A stretch of 64,000 bases of DNA from Flectonema sp. DT1601 (GCA_964019425.1 OZ025800.1:558001-622000), one strand, 5' to 3'. Positions 23,935-36,379 are shown, numbered from the stretch's first letter. The notes: generated from the sequence alone by a model not told the origin. Made by a program: numbers and translations.

Positions 23935-24592
23935 TGAGTATTAATTGGGGGGATGCTTAAGTTGACATAATTCAACTCGAAACAGTTTAATTATTATCGA
24001 GTAGGGATTCCGGCGCCGAGCGCGAAAAGCGCGAGGGGTCGGCATCACCACGAGAAGATAATTATGAGTTTAGAGTTAGACATTATGTCAACTTACCGCC
24101 CAATTTTATATTTAATGCCATAAATTAGAATTAGGACTGTGCACATTTCATCACGAGAACCGCTGCTGATTTCTTCCATTTCACTATTGCCCTCCCCATA
24201 ATTACACTCACGGGCTCAATAATTTTACGTTTGAAAGAAGCGTGAAATTAGGGCTCATAATGCCACTGAGGTCATAATCACACTCTTACTGATGCCCATT
24301 ATCCACATCCATTAAATTATCCTCCCGGAAAACTTAAAATCACCCCCAACATAATTGCCATTATGTCAAAATCACCCGGATTATTACAGGTCAATAACTA
24401 CATCGCCACAGCCATTTTAAACCAAAAACAGAAAATCATAATTTTACTGCTGTATTAGATTTGGTCTTAACTTCACGCTTTTGTGATAATTTCGATTTGC
24501 CAGCCATCGGCCTTGTGTACGGAATGTAATTATCGGAAACTTTCTACTCCGCGAGTGATGAAATGTGCACAGAAATAATTCGTTTATGGCAT
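23935..24592. mobile_element. 658-bp non-coding element built from two internal inverted-repeat modules, flanked by TA
   Basis: Near-identical reverse-complement copy at 27969-28626. Internal IRs taagttgacataat/attatgtcaactta and taatgccataaa..tgtgcacatttcatcac / gtgatgaaatgtgcaca..tttatggcatta. Confidence 0.85.
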
Positions 24593-25756
24593 TAAATAAA
24601 TAAAATAAATATTATTATCATTTGTAATAATTGAAATGAAGGGAAAACTTCTACCCTCGCTAATCCCCATATCCTAAGTTAATTATTTATTTAATTATAC
24701 TTTCAATCTTTCACCTGTAATCAGATGAAGGTGGAAGCATTGCATTAGTAATTGAGTAGAGCAACAGATGTTGATATTAGACTACCAACCGCTTGTTTGT
24801 CTTCACTGATATCACCAGCTGGTGAAATCGTTAATATAATATTAATTTACTCAATCGTTCTTAATATCCTTTTGTTAACATCAATTTAATCTTAATGACA
24901 CAGTTGGAATGTCCTCGTTTTTCACTAAAATAAATTTTGATTATCGAATGTTGAGTGTTTTGTTCAGCTAACTATCTGTTTCATCAATTCATTTATTTTA
25001 TTTGTGGTGGTCTCGCTGATATAGCTGCTGACTGTTTCGTTTTCTGATATTGACGTGGGAAAATCATAAATAGATAAATCCTTTCTAACTCGCTTTCTGC
25101 TGCAGTATTTGGGTCTAGCAACCCACCCAACTGATACTCGGTGATTCCTACTAACTAACTCTCTTGCAATTGTGCATGTGTTTCTTCATTGCAGAAGTGT
25201 AATGATACCATTATACCTTCGGCTTTAGTTGACGGGTAAAATGAATTGTAACTTCCTTAATTCACTTCTCATCAATTCATCAGAATAAAGACAATGATGG
25301 TCGAAGTGTTTGTTCTTAGCGTTGTGGTTATATGAAAAAGTTAAAAGAGAGCAACAAGGAGAAGATGTATTTATTATTAGGACACTATTTAACACGCACT
25401 AGTGCACTCGAGCAACTACTTAGTTGTGATCGTGTTGTGATAAAATTTTATATTCATTTCCTTATCAGAAGCTGCAACCCTTGCCTAAACTAATATGATA
25501 CCACTTTGGTAAGTATTCAAATGGAGAGCTCAGATGGATTTGAATCTATACTGGTGTAGGGCGATGTATTTAAAAAAGTGTTGCTTTAATTTCACTTCGG
25601 AATCTTAGTTTTCTTTCTAAACATCAACATCATCAATGGTCGAGGTGATTGAACTGAATCTGTTTATGGTGAGCTACTAATTCTTTTTGTTTTTGAGAGC
25701 TGGCAAATACCAAATATGAAAACCTTCCTTTCCCCTCTCCAGTTTCTCCAGTTGGG

Positions 25757-27472
25757 ATGGTCGATGACTTACTTTGCAAACCCCGAGTTCCCTTGTTGCG
25801 TTTGCTTGTTGTCTTTTCAGTAATGAAGCTGTGTTTGTCGGATTGTTATGAAGCTTTGCCTTCGAACTTTCCGACTTGTTCAGATTATACCATTTCTGGT
25901 TATACTTGTGTATCAAGTGGTTGGTGTGTAGTTGGTAAATGTAATGCATCCTGTACAACTTGTGCTGATCATTTTGTGAATAAGGTTCCACATTATGCAA
26001 CCGGGAGATGTGTCATAGCTACAGCCATTCCGACAGCCATTCCAACAGCCATTCCAACAGCCATTCCAACAGCCATTCCGACAGCCATTCCAACGGCCAT
26101 TCCAACAGCAGTTCCCACTGCACCTCCTACAAGTGTGCCGACTGCAGTCCCGACGCTTGTTCCCACGTCCGTGCCGACTGCAAATCCGACAGCGGTTCCA
26201 ACACTTGTTCCCACAGCGATTCCGACAATCGTACCAACTATTGTCCCGACAGTCATTCCGTCGACGAAGTCACCAAGCTATGTGGTTTCCTCTGTGAAGA
26301 AGGAAACCCCTATTGCCAAGAATGGAGGTATCACAGTTCCGTCGAACATCGCATTGGCCACTGGGGCGCTGACCACGTCGGGAGCTCAAGCAGTAGCTCT
26401 CGCTTACACGGTGAGAAGGATCACCTGCCTCGTCGAAGCTGAGGATGATGAATTAGACCTGTTTATGCACCCGCTTGGGTTTCCAGTTGCCGGTTCGTAT
26501 TGGGCGGGAGCCGTAGTTGGCGGTTGTATTCTTTGTTTTGGTGTTGTGGTTTTTCATGTGGGACTTCATTTTATAGTTAAGGCTTGCACGGGCGCGTCCA
26601 AGAGGAAGTCGGTAGCAAGGAGACTGAGATATCCGTCTGCTGTCATCCCTCCGTTGCTCATTTGTGCCGTGAACATTGCGACTTGCAGTGTGTTGTTGCT
26701 TAAGGAAAGCAAACTTCCTGTGATCGCAGTTTCTGGAATCTGCATCTCGATTGGAATTCCCGGAGTTGTGATGTGGCTGTTCAAACTTGACTCATCGAAG
26801 TGTCAGTTTATCAAGGGAACGGTTCCGAAAAGCAAACTATTTGTATACTTCTTGGGGGATGCTGCGTGGGAATCCACAGACGTCAACGACATTTTGTACG
26901 TGGAGTCCAACGGGTCGGTATTTGATGCTCACACAGAGCAGAAGTGGATCAGAGGACACTATTTCCTTCTTGAGTTTTGGATGACTATTCCTGTTGTTTT
27001 GGTTTTATTGATTGAAAGTTGCGATGCGAGAGCATGGATATTATTTATTGTGAACGTCTTGCAGCTTGTAATGGTTTTAAACTGTTGCATCTACAGCTCA
27101 AACTTCCTGACTCACCTGTCAGTTGCCACGTGTTTGACAACATGCGTTCTGATCGTGTGCTCTCTCACTGGATTTGGAGGGGAGTTGGTGTTGACGCCTA
27201 TGTTGTTGGCGCTCACCATTGTGAGGTCTATTTACGACTTTGTTTGTTACATTCTTGAGATGCTTTTTTCCGTCAGGGAAATGAAGTTGGAGAGGAATGC
27301 TGTCGATGTCTCAAACGTCGAACTCGGGGAATCAATGCAGCAGTCGTTGATAAGTATCGATTCGTTGGAAAATGGTATATATCCTGTGCCTTCCTTTGCG
27401 GCACCATTGAGTACAGCAACACCTTCGCTGAACTTTTTACATTGGGAAGACAGTCGGGATGTCACGTTTTAA
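25757..27472 (+). CDS. Surface/membrane protein copy 3 (7 TAIP units)
   Basis: Intact 571-aa paralog. Confidence 0.88.
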   Translation: MVDDLLCKPRVPLLRLLVVFSVMKLCLSDCYEALPSNFPTCSDYTISGYTCVSSGWCVVGKCNASCTTCADHFVNKVPHYATGRCVIATAIPTAIPTAIPTAIPTAIPTAIPTAIPTAVPTAPPTSVPTAVPTLVPTSVPTANPTAVPTLVPTAIPTIVPTIVPTVIPSTKSPSYVVSSVKKETPIAKNGGITVPSNIALATGALTTSGAQAVALAYTVRRITCLVEAEDDELDLFMHPLGFPVAGSYWAGAVVGGCILCFGVVVFHVGLHFIVKACTGASKRKSVARRLRYPSAVIPPLLICAVNIATCSVLLLKESKLPVIAVSGICISIGIPGVVMWLFKLDSSKCQFIKGTVPKSKLFVYFLGDAAWESTDVNDILYVESNGSVFDAHTEQKWIRGHYFLLEFWMTIPVVLVLLIESCDARAWILFIVNVLQLVMVLNCCIYSSNFLTHLSVATCLTTCVLIVCSLTGFGGELVLTPMLLALTIVRSIYDFVCYILEMLFSVREMKLERNAVDVSNVELGESMQQSLISIDSLENGIYPVPSFAAPLSTATPSLNFLHWEDSRDVTF

Positions 27473-27968
27473 TTATTTGGTAGTGTAATTTAGATAATTA
27501 AATTTCCTAACTTCAGCCGTGTCTGATTAAATACCCAGAAGTAATTGTAAATATCAAATAGCCTGTCGGGTTTGAAAGGACATCTGATTGTTGATATCAA
27601 CGTCAACGGAGGCGAATAATAAAATACCACTCGCTAGTTTCAAGCAGCTTCTTTATTTTTGATAGTCGAAAACAAGTTTTGTCCGAAATCTGTTTCACTC
27701 TTTCCTCTCCATGTTGCTTTATGAGGGATTCTTATAAAATAACAAACTTTTGATTTGAAGTATTGTCTTTTTTCCTTTTAGAAATATGTTTGATTTGGTG
27801 AACTATTTTATAGGAAAACTCAAATTCAAACTTGTCATTTCAAAGATTCTGATGTTATCCAGAACATCAGAACAATTTATTTATTGTTTTTATTATCTTA
27901 TTTCCTAAAATATGCAGGCCTTATACCGAAGTAGCTGCCTTGCTTTTAATTTCAGTTTTATTTGTTTA

Positions 27969-28626
27969 ATGCCATAAACGAATTATTTCTGTGCACATTT
28001 CATCACTCGCGGAGTAGAAATAACCCGATAATTACATTCCGTACACAAGGCCGATGGCTGGCAAATCGAAATTATCACAAAAGCGTGAAGTTAAGACCAA
28101 ATCTAATACAGCAGTAAAATTATGATTTTCTGTTTTTGGTTTAAAATGGCTGTGGCGATGTAGTTATTGACCTGTAATAATCCGGGTGATTTTGACATAA
28201 TGGCAATTATGTTGGGGGTGATTTTAAGTTTTCCGGGAGGATAATTTAATGGATGTGGATAATGGGCATCAGTAAGAGTGTGATTATGACCTCAGTGGCA
28301 TTATGAGCCCTAATTTCACGCTTCTTTCAAACGTAAAATTATTGAGCCCGTGAGTGTAATTATGGGGAGGGCAATAGTGAAATGGAAGAAATCAGCAGCG
28401 GTTCTCGTGATGAAATGTGCACAGTCCTAATTCTAATTTATGGCATTAAATATAAAATTGGGCGGTAAGTTGACATAATGTCTAACTCTAAACTCATAAT
28501 TATCTTCTCGTGGTGATGCCGACCCCTCGCGCTTTTCGCGCTCGGCGCCGGAATCCCTACTCGATAATAATTAAACTGTTTCGAGTTGAATTATGTCAAC
28601 TTAAGCATCCCCCCAATTAATACACA
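27969..28626. mobile_element. Second, inverted copy of the 658-bp element
   Basis: Reverse complement of 23935-24592. It interrupts tttgttt|(g/a)atgtctttac, which is intact at ~35065. Confidence 0.85.
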
Positions 28627-29170
28627 TAATGTCTTTACAATTTAGTATTTATTTATTTATTTATTTATTTATTTGTGATATCCTCGTTAGTTTTGCTGAC
28701 ACTTAACTTTTAATTCGAAGGTATTGTGTGTATTCTTTTTATATATTTGATTTAGTTAACTATTTTATAATAACTCAAATTATTAATTTATCATTTTCAG
28801 AACAATTTATTTAATGTTTTTATTACCTTATTTCCTAAAATACATTTTTTTATTATTTTAATGCGCAAACTCGTAAACTAAACTAATGCAGGCCTCATAC
28901 CAATTTTTTGTCCGAAACCTTTATTTGTTTGATGTCCTTGTGATTTATTATTTATTTATGTATTTGTGATATTCCCGTTGGTTTTGCTATTTTTAATTCG
29001 AAGAAATTATGTATCGCAGTGTTAGATTAAGGCCTATGTTTTCCTCAGTGTTATAATGCAATTTATTTTATTTATTTTTATTAATAATCTCATATGCTAA
29101 CTTTTAATTCAAAGGTATTGTCTGTATTCTTTTTATATATTTTGATTTAGTGAACTATTTTATGACAAAA

Positions 29171-29343
29171 CACTGTCTGCTTGGGTGGTGGGTTTAGGTA
29201 GTCATTTGTTCCAGGTTATTCTACGTCTCTTATCGTCTGTGAGAGTCTCACGGTTGCTGGTAGCGATATAACTGTTACTCTGTGAGCTTTTCCTGGCTTT
29301 TGGCTTCCTAGGCTTCGTAAAAAAAAAAAAAAAAAAAAAAAAA
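29171..29343 (+). mobile_element. Severely 5'-truncated copy of the LINE (3' UTR only) with poly(A) tail
   Basis: Near-identical to 42449-42600, followed by about 25 A; the empty site gacaaaaactcaaattcaaactattc is seen at ~35401. Confidence 0.9.
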
Positions 29344-30764
29344 CTAATTCAAACTATTCATTTCAAGCATTAATGTAAGCATATGGCACATGTGGTCGTA
29401 TTATAAAGAAAGATGTATATGAAAGAAAGAAGATTTTTTATTTTTTTTTCACCTTCCCCCCACTCCCAGATCGTTTCTTTTTTATTTTCTTTTCTTGTTT
29501 ACAACCTGTTAGCCTCTGGGCAAGGTGGAGGCTGGAAGTCGATCACTTCCAGCCAATACTATGAAACTACAATCTTCGCGATTGGGTCCTTACTGATGCG
29601 GGCTACCCAGACCCCTCGTAGTCATCAGTTTGTATTTTGCTAACTAAACTAAACTATTAATGTCATACAGAACATAAGAATGTCCTTACGATTTACTGTT
29701 CAGGTGATTATTTCTTTTTAGTGTGATAACTCCCACTAACTTCATTTGGCACTCGTAGCTTTCTTGTTGGGAGAGTATAACATTAATGTCTGAAACTTCG
29801 TATTCCATATAAAATGGAACTTCGTTATGGTCTCAAGGATCTTTTTCTTAACTACGTTGAGACCAAACATCTCATCAAGTTAACGATGAGGTTTCCAACA
29901 CCATACGAGGAATTATTATTAGATGAATTCCTTCGGATTGAATGGCAGCTTTTTACTACTTTTCAAGTTGATAAGCTCGACGGTCATCTTCAAAAGGATT
30001 ACCAGATAATCTGCTTCCCTTTCAAGGTATTCTTGTTTCCTTTTTATAATCATTCAACAATCTCTAACACAGACAGTGAGTCATTCATTACAACAGTTTA
30101 TGTATGTCTCTATTGTCAGTGAGGGTCTCAAGGTTTTTTGTTCTTTTAACTCCCACCCTCACCAACCCATTTGATACTTTTCATTGTTTCAATTTTCAAT
30201 TTTCGATTTCTTTCTTGTTAGTGATCCGATCAATAAGCATCGAAGTCACAGATCCTTTGATCTAGTATTCCCCGTAATTTGTAGTAAGTGAAAAGGAAAG
30301 CTTTACTCCGTACTAGCATTTCTTACTAATATTCTCCCTCGTGTCAATGGGTCGATTGTTGATATAAATCACTCTCCTGTTGTAATATCCTCAGTCTTAA
30401 TATGTATGCTGTGAATCAATTGTCATTTTATTATGCCTTTTGCGAAACATTCATTGTTTGTTAACATCAATTTAATCTTAATGACACAGTTGGAATGTCC
30501 TCCGAATTGGATGGGCGTTTTTCACTAAAATAAATTTTGATTATCGAATGTTGAGTGTTTTGTTCAGCTAACTATCTGTTTCATCAATTCATTTATTTTA
30601 TTTGTGGTGGTCTCGCTGATATAGCTGTTGACTGTTTCGTTTTCTGATATTGACGTGGGAAATCATAAATAGATAAATCCTTTCTAACTCGCTTTCTGCT
30701 GCAGTATTTAAGTCTAGCAACCCACCCAACTGATACTCGGTGATTCCTACTAACTAACTCTCTT

Positions 30765-30853
30765 TTGATGTTAGGAAACTGCAGAAATGAATACTTTTCT
30801 TTTATTGATCTCTACTTTTCTTATTCTCACTTTTCTGTTCTAAAATTAATGAT
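30765..30853 (+). mobile_element. 89-bp insertion with 12-bp TSD actaactctctt
   Basis: TSD at 30753-30764 and 30854-30865; empty site at ~25155; related copies at ~34944-35018 and ~42640-42735. Confidence 0.85.
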
Positions 30854-31456
30854 ACTAACTCTCTTGCAATTGTGCATGTGTTTCTTCATTGCAGAAGTGT
30901 AATGATACCATTATACCTTCGGCTTTAGTTGACGGGTAAAATGAATTGTAACTTCCTTAATTCACTTCTCATCAATTCATCAGAATAAAGACAATGATAG
31001 TCGAAGTGTTTGTTCTTAGCGTTGTGGTTATATGAAAAAGTTAAAAGAGAGCAACAAGGAGAAGATGTATTTATTATTAGGACACTATTTAACACACACT
31101 AGTGCACTCGAGCAACTACTTAGTTGTGATCATGTTGTGATAACATTTTATATTCATTTCCTTATCAGAAGCTGCAACCCTTGCCTAAACTAATATGATA
31201 CCACTTTGGTAAGTATTCAAATGGAGAGCTCAGATGGATTTGAATCTATACTGGTGTAGGGCGATGTATTTAAAAAAGTGTTGCTTTAATTTCACTTCGG
31301 AATCTTAGTTTTCTTTCTAAACATCAACATCATCAATGGTCGAGGTGATTGAACTGAATCTGTTTATGGTGAGCTACTAATTCTTTTTGTTTTTGAGAGC
31401 TGGCAAATACCAAATATGAAAACCTTCCTTTCCCCTCTCCAGTTTCTCCAGTTGGG

Positions 31457-33184
31457 ATGGTCGATGACTTACTTTGCAAACCCCGAGTTCCCTTGTTGCG
31501 TTTGCTTGTTGTCTTTTCAGTAATGAAGCTGTGTTTGTCGGATTGTTATGAAGCTTTGCCTTCGAACTTTCCGACTTGTTCAGATTATACCATTTCTGGT
31601 TATACTTGTGTATCAAGTGGTTGGTGTGTAGTTGATAGATGTGTTGCGAACTGTCCTATTTGTGCTGATTATTTTGTGAATAAGGTTCCAAATTATGCAA
31701 CCGGGAGATGTGTCATAGCTACAGCCATTCCAACAGCCATTCCAACAGCCATTCCAACAGCCATTCCAACAGCCATTCCGACAGCCATTCCAACGGCCAT
31801 TCCAACAGCAGTTCCCACTGCACCTCCTACAAGTGTGCCGACTGCAGTCCCGACGCTTGTTCCCACGTCCGTGCCGACTGCAAATCCGACAGCGGTTCCA
31901 ACACTTGTTCCCACAGCGATTCCGACAACCGTACCAACTATTGTCCCGACAGTCATTCCAACTGTAGTTCCGTCAACGAAGTCACCAAGCTATGGGGCTT
32001 CCTCTGTGAAGAAGGAAACCCCCATCGCCGAGAGTAGAAGTGTCACGGTTCCGTCGAACATCGCATTGGCCACTGGGGCGCTGACCACGTCGGGAGCTCA
32101 AGCAGTAGCTCTCGCTTACACGGTGAGAAGGATCACCTGCCTCGTCGAAGCTGAGAATGATGAATTAGACCTGTTTATGCACCCGCTTGGGTTTCCAGTT
32201 GCCGGTTCGTATTGGGCGGGAGCCGTAGTTGGCGGTTGTATTCTTTGTTTTGGTGTTGTGGTTTTTCATGTGGGACTTCATTTTATAGTTAAGGCTTGCA
32301 CGGGCGCGTCCAAGAGGAAGTCGGTAGCAAGGAGACTGAGATATCCGTCTGCTGTCATCCCTCCGTTGCTCATTTGTGCCGTGAACATTGCGACTTGCAG
32401 TGTGTTGTTGCTTAAGGAAAGCAAACTTCCTGTGATCGCAGTTTCTGGAATCTGCATCTCGATTGGAATTCCCGGAGTTGTGATGTGGCTGTTCAAACTT
32501 GACTCATCGAAGTGTCAGTTTATCAAGGGAACGGTTCCGAAAAGCAAACTATTTGTATACTTCTTGGGGGATGCTGCGTGGGAATCCACAGACGTCAACG
32601 ACATTTTGTACGTGGAATCAAACGGGTCGGTATTTGATGCTCACACAGAGCAGAAGTGGATCAGAGGACACTATTTCCTTCTTGAGTTTTGGATGACTAT
32701 TCCTGTTGTTTTGGTTTTATTGATTGAAAGTTGCGATGCGAGAGCATGGATATTATTTATTGTGAACGTCTTGCAGCTTGTAATGATTTTAAAATGTTGC
32801 ATCTACAGCTCAAACTTCCTGACTCACCTGTCAGTTGCCACGTGTTTGACAACATGCGTTCTGATCGTGTGCTCTCTCACTGGATTTGGAGGGGAGTTGG
32901 TGTTGACGCCTATGTTGTTGGCGCTCACCATTGTGAGGTCTATTTACGACTTTGTTTGTTACATTCTTGAGATGCTTTTTTCCGTCAGGGAATTGAAGTT
33001 GGAGAGGAATGCTGTCGATGTCTCAAACGTCGAACTCGGGAAATCAATGCAGCAGTCGTTGATAAGTATCGATTCGTTGGAAAATGGTATATATCCTGTG
33101 CCTTCCTTTGCGGCACCATTGAGTACAGCAACACCTTCGCTGAACTTTTTACATTGGGAAGACAGTCGGGATGTCACGTTTTAA
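31457..33184 (+). CDS. Surface/membrane protein copy 4 (7 TAIP units)
   Basis: Intact 575-aa paralog. Confidence 0.88.
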   Translation: MVDDLLCKPRVPLLRLLVVFSVMKLCLSDCYEALPSNFPTCSDYTISGYTCVSSGWCVVDRCVANCPICADYFVNKVPNYATGRCVIATAIPTAIPTAIPTAIPTAIPTAIPTAIPTAVPTAPPTSVPTAVPTLVPTSVPTANPTAVPTLVPTAIPTTVPTIVPTVIPTVVPSTKSPSYGASSVKKETPIAESRSVTVPSNIALATGALTTSGAQAVALAYTVRRITCLVEAENDELDLFMHPLGFPVAGSYWAGAVVGGCILCFGVVVFHVGLHFIVKACTGASKRKSVARRLRYPSAVIPPLLICAVNIATCSVLLLKESKLPVIAVSGICISIGIPGVVMWLFKLDSSKCQFIKGTVPKSKLFVYFLGDAAWESTDVNDILYVESNGSVFDAHTEQKWIRGHYFLLEFWMTIPVVLVLLIESCDARAWILFIVNVLQLVMILKCCIYSSNFLTHLSVATCLTTCVLIVCSLTGFGGELVLTPMLLALTIVRSIYDFVCYILEMLFSVRELKLERNAVDVSNVELGKSMQQSLISIDSLENGIYPVPSFAAPLSTATPSLNFLHWEDSRDVTF

Positions 33185-35700
33185 TTATTTGGTAGTGTAA
33201 TTTAGATAATTAAATTTCCTAACTTCAGCCGTGTCTGATTAAATACCCAGAAGTAATTGTAAATATCAAATAGCCTGTCGGGTTTGAAAGGACATCCGAT
33301 TGTTGATATCAACGTCAACGGAGGCGAATAATAAAATACCACTCGCTAGTTTCAAGCAGCTTCTTTATTTTTGATAGTCGAAAACAAGTTTTGTCCGAAA
33401 TCTGTTTCACTCTTTCCTCTCCATGTTGCTTTATGAGGGATTCTTATAAAATAACAAACTTTTGATTTGAAGTATTGTCTTTTTTCCTTTTAGAAATATG
33501 TTTGATTTGGTGAACTATTTTATAGGAAAACTCAAATTCAAACTTGTCATTTCGAGGATTCTGATGTTATCCAGAACATCAGAACAATTTATTTAATGTT
33601 TTTATTATCTCATTTCCTAAAATACATTTTTTATTATTTTAATGCGCAAACTATTCATTTCAAGCATTAATGTCATACAGAACATAAGAATGTCCTTACG
33701 ATTTACTGTTCAGGTGATTATTTCTTTTTAGTTGTGATAACTCCCACTAATTTCTTTGGGCAGTCATTTATCGTAGCTTTCTTGTTGGGAGAGTATAACA
33801 TTAATGTCTGAAACTTCGTATTCCATATAAAATGGAACTTCGGAACAATTTTTTTTTTTTTAATTTTCGCTCTAAATTCTCTTATTATTATTCTATCGTT
33901 ATGGTCTCAAGGATCTTTTTCTTAACTACGTTGAGACCAAACATCTCATCAAGTTAACGATGAGGTTTCCAACACCATACGAGGAATTATTATTAGATGA
34001 ATTCCTTCGGATTGAATGGCAGCTTTTTACTACTTTTCAAGTTGATAAGCTCGACGGTCATCTCCAAAAGGACTTTTATCATTATCAATATCAACTTCCT
34101 TTCCCCTCCCTAAATTTTGTTATTTTGCTAGCGAACCAGTCAAGGATGAAGCATTGAGGTACTAGTGTCTCTCGAACATTAGATTTCCTCGGCTACGCTA
34201 AAAAGTGATCTTCTCAGGGATCAGGTTCGACATAAAGTCGTAGTATTGGGGACTCACAGGTGGTTAACCGTTCCACCCTGTTGTGTCTATCTAACCAGTA
34301 CTCGATGGTATGTCGGGCTCGCTAAATGATACTAACTATGCCGAAACTTTTGCATCCGATTGAATTTTCCCATCCTCTCCCCTTCTTTTGACTGATTGCC
34401 ATTAATACTAACTCTGGTCACTACCACGCGGGACTCGCTTAGGGTTTACCAATGGCTCTGGCCTTGTGCGACAATACTGCACCCGGGTGCCGAAAGAAAC
34501 GTCTTCGTACGTCTGGCGGTGCCATGAGACTCGGACACATCCATAGAATACCGTCTGAGCATGAGTGGAACCTTTTTTATTTTTTTATTATTTATTCCCC
34601 ATAAACATAACTCAGCCCCACTCATTTTGTTGGTATCCCGCGTTCACTGATATTTATATAAGGGGACTGTGTTAAATGGTAAAAGAAATAACCATGTTGA
34701 CGTGATCCCTTGGCTGAGAAGGGCAAACGAGATGAGTAGGACAGGCCTGACACCGCAGTGTCCCCCTTACTTTCTTCGCTGAAGAGGGCTGGGTAAGGGG
34801 AATGGTCCGAAGAAAGATTTTTCAATTTTAGCCCGAAACCAACCATTATTTGTTTGTTGTCCTACGAACTTTTGCATTCGATTGAATTTTCCCGCCCTCT
34901 CCCCTTCTTTTGACTGATAACCATTAATACTAACTATACCGAAACTGCAGAAATGAATACTTTTCTTTACTAATCTCTACTTTTCTTATTCTCACTTTTC
35001 TGTTCTAAAATTAATGATACCAACTATACCGAAGTAGCTGCCTTGCTTTTAATTTTAGTTTTATTTGTTTGATGTCTTTACAATTTAGTATTTATTTATT
35101 TATTTGTGACATCCTCGTTGGTTTTGCTGACACTTAACTTTTAATTCGAAGGTATTGTGTGTATTCTTTTTATATATTTGATTAGTTAACTATTTTATAA
35201 CAACTCAAATTATTAATTTATCATTTTCAGAACAATTTATTTAATGTTTTTATTATCTTATTTCCTAAAATGCATTTTTTTTTTTTTTTAAATGCGCAAA
35301 CTCATAAACAAAACTAAGACAGAATCTCATATGCTAACTTTTAATTCAAAGGTATTGTGTGTATTCTTTTTATATATTTTGATTTAGTGAACTATTTTAT
35401 GACAAAAACTCAAATTCAAACTATTCATTTCAAGCATTAATGTCATACAGAACATAAGAATGTCCTTACGATTTACTGTTCAGGTGATTATTTCTTTTTA
35501 GTTGTGATAACTCCCACTAACTTCTTTGGGCAGTCATTTATCGTAGCTTTCTGTTGGTAGGAGGACACATGGTATAAGATAAAGGTAAATTTCTTTTCTT
35601 TCTTTTCTTTTTCTTCTTTTTTTTCTTTTTATTGTCTTTTATTTTACTCTATCTAGCTTCTTGGGGGGAACATTTACACTCGCAGTGAAAATCAGATAGT

Positions 35701-35998
35701 CATCCAAGACGCTATCCAACACCCCAACTCAGATCGCAGATGTATTTACAACATTACCAAGTACCGTGGATAACACCACCCAACGTAACAATTATACCTA
35801 ACAGAGATTTCAGAAAGTCACAGGACTCGGGACTCAACCTCAAATTTGCCATCGCTTCGTTGGTATCCGATGCGACCATATAGGAGACGTGCTGAGTTCT
35901 CGCGGATGAGATCCAGGGCTGAGATCAGTGCGCGCTGTTCGGCATTGTAAATCATGAGTGACGGATGATAGCGCTGTTGCTTCTTGTAGACCGAGATA
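35701..35998. pseudogene. Rearranged fragment of a second, divergent LINE family: connection region on +, RNase H piece on -
   Basis: The + strand gives QLRSQMYLQHYQVPWITPP (cf. ORF2 ELRSQKVLPHQYPPWSKHPP). The - strand gives YHPSLMIYNAEQRALISALDLIREN (cf. FQPSLTIYNAEQLALLSALELLEEN). Confidence 0.8.
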
Positions 35999-36379
35999 AT
36001 AAACTCATATTCTAACTAGTATAGAATGAAGTCCCTTAGAACGGCGGAGAGCTTTAACGCCTCCTTATTTTTTTCCATTTATTCACAGATTTGTATGAAA
36101 ATGTTCAAGGATATTTTGGTGGGCAAAAAAAGTGCCAATTTTTTTTTTTTTTTTTTTTCATGAACAGCGAAAATTTTTTTTTTTTTTGTTACTGAATGGA
36201 GAAAAAAAATTATCACTATCAGTGAACAGCGAAAAAAAAAAAAATTCTTTTACTGAATAGCGAAAATGGAATTATTGGACCCCCCAATAGCGAAAATCTC
36301 TATATTTTATTTTAGTGCACTTTTTTATAATAAACTCTTATTCTAACTAGTATAAGATTAAGGCTCCTGAAACTACATA

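Noticed and set aside
21975..35035. Repeat-spacer patterns resembling CRISPR arrays
   Set aside because: Eukaryotic context, irregular spacing, spacers homologous to each other, and no cas genes; better explained as stacked TSDs.
36040..36305. Repeated aa(c/t)agcgaaaa motifs as the LINE promoter
   Set aside because: They lie upstream of the SL remnant, inside a separate CTAACT-bounded insert; more likely subterminal repeats of another element.
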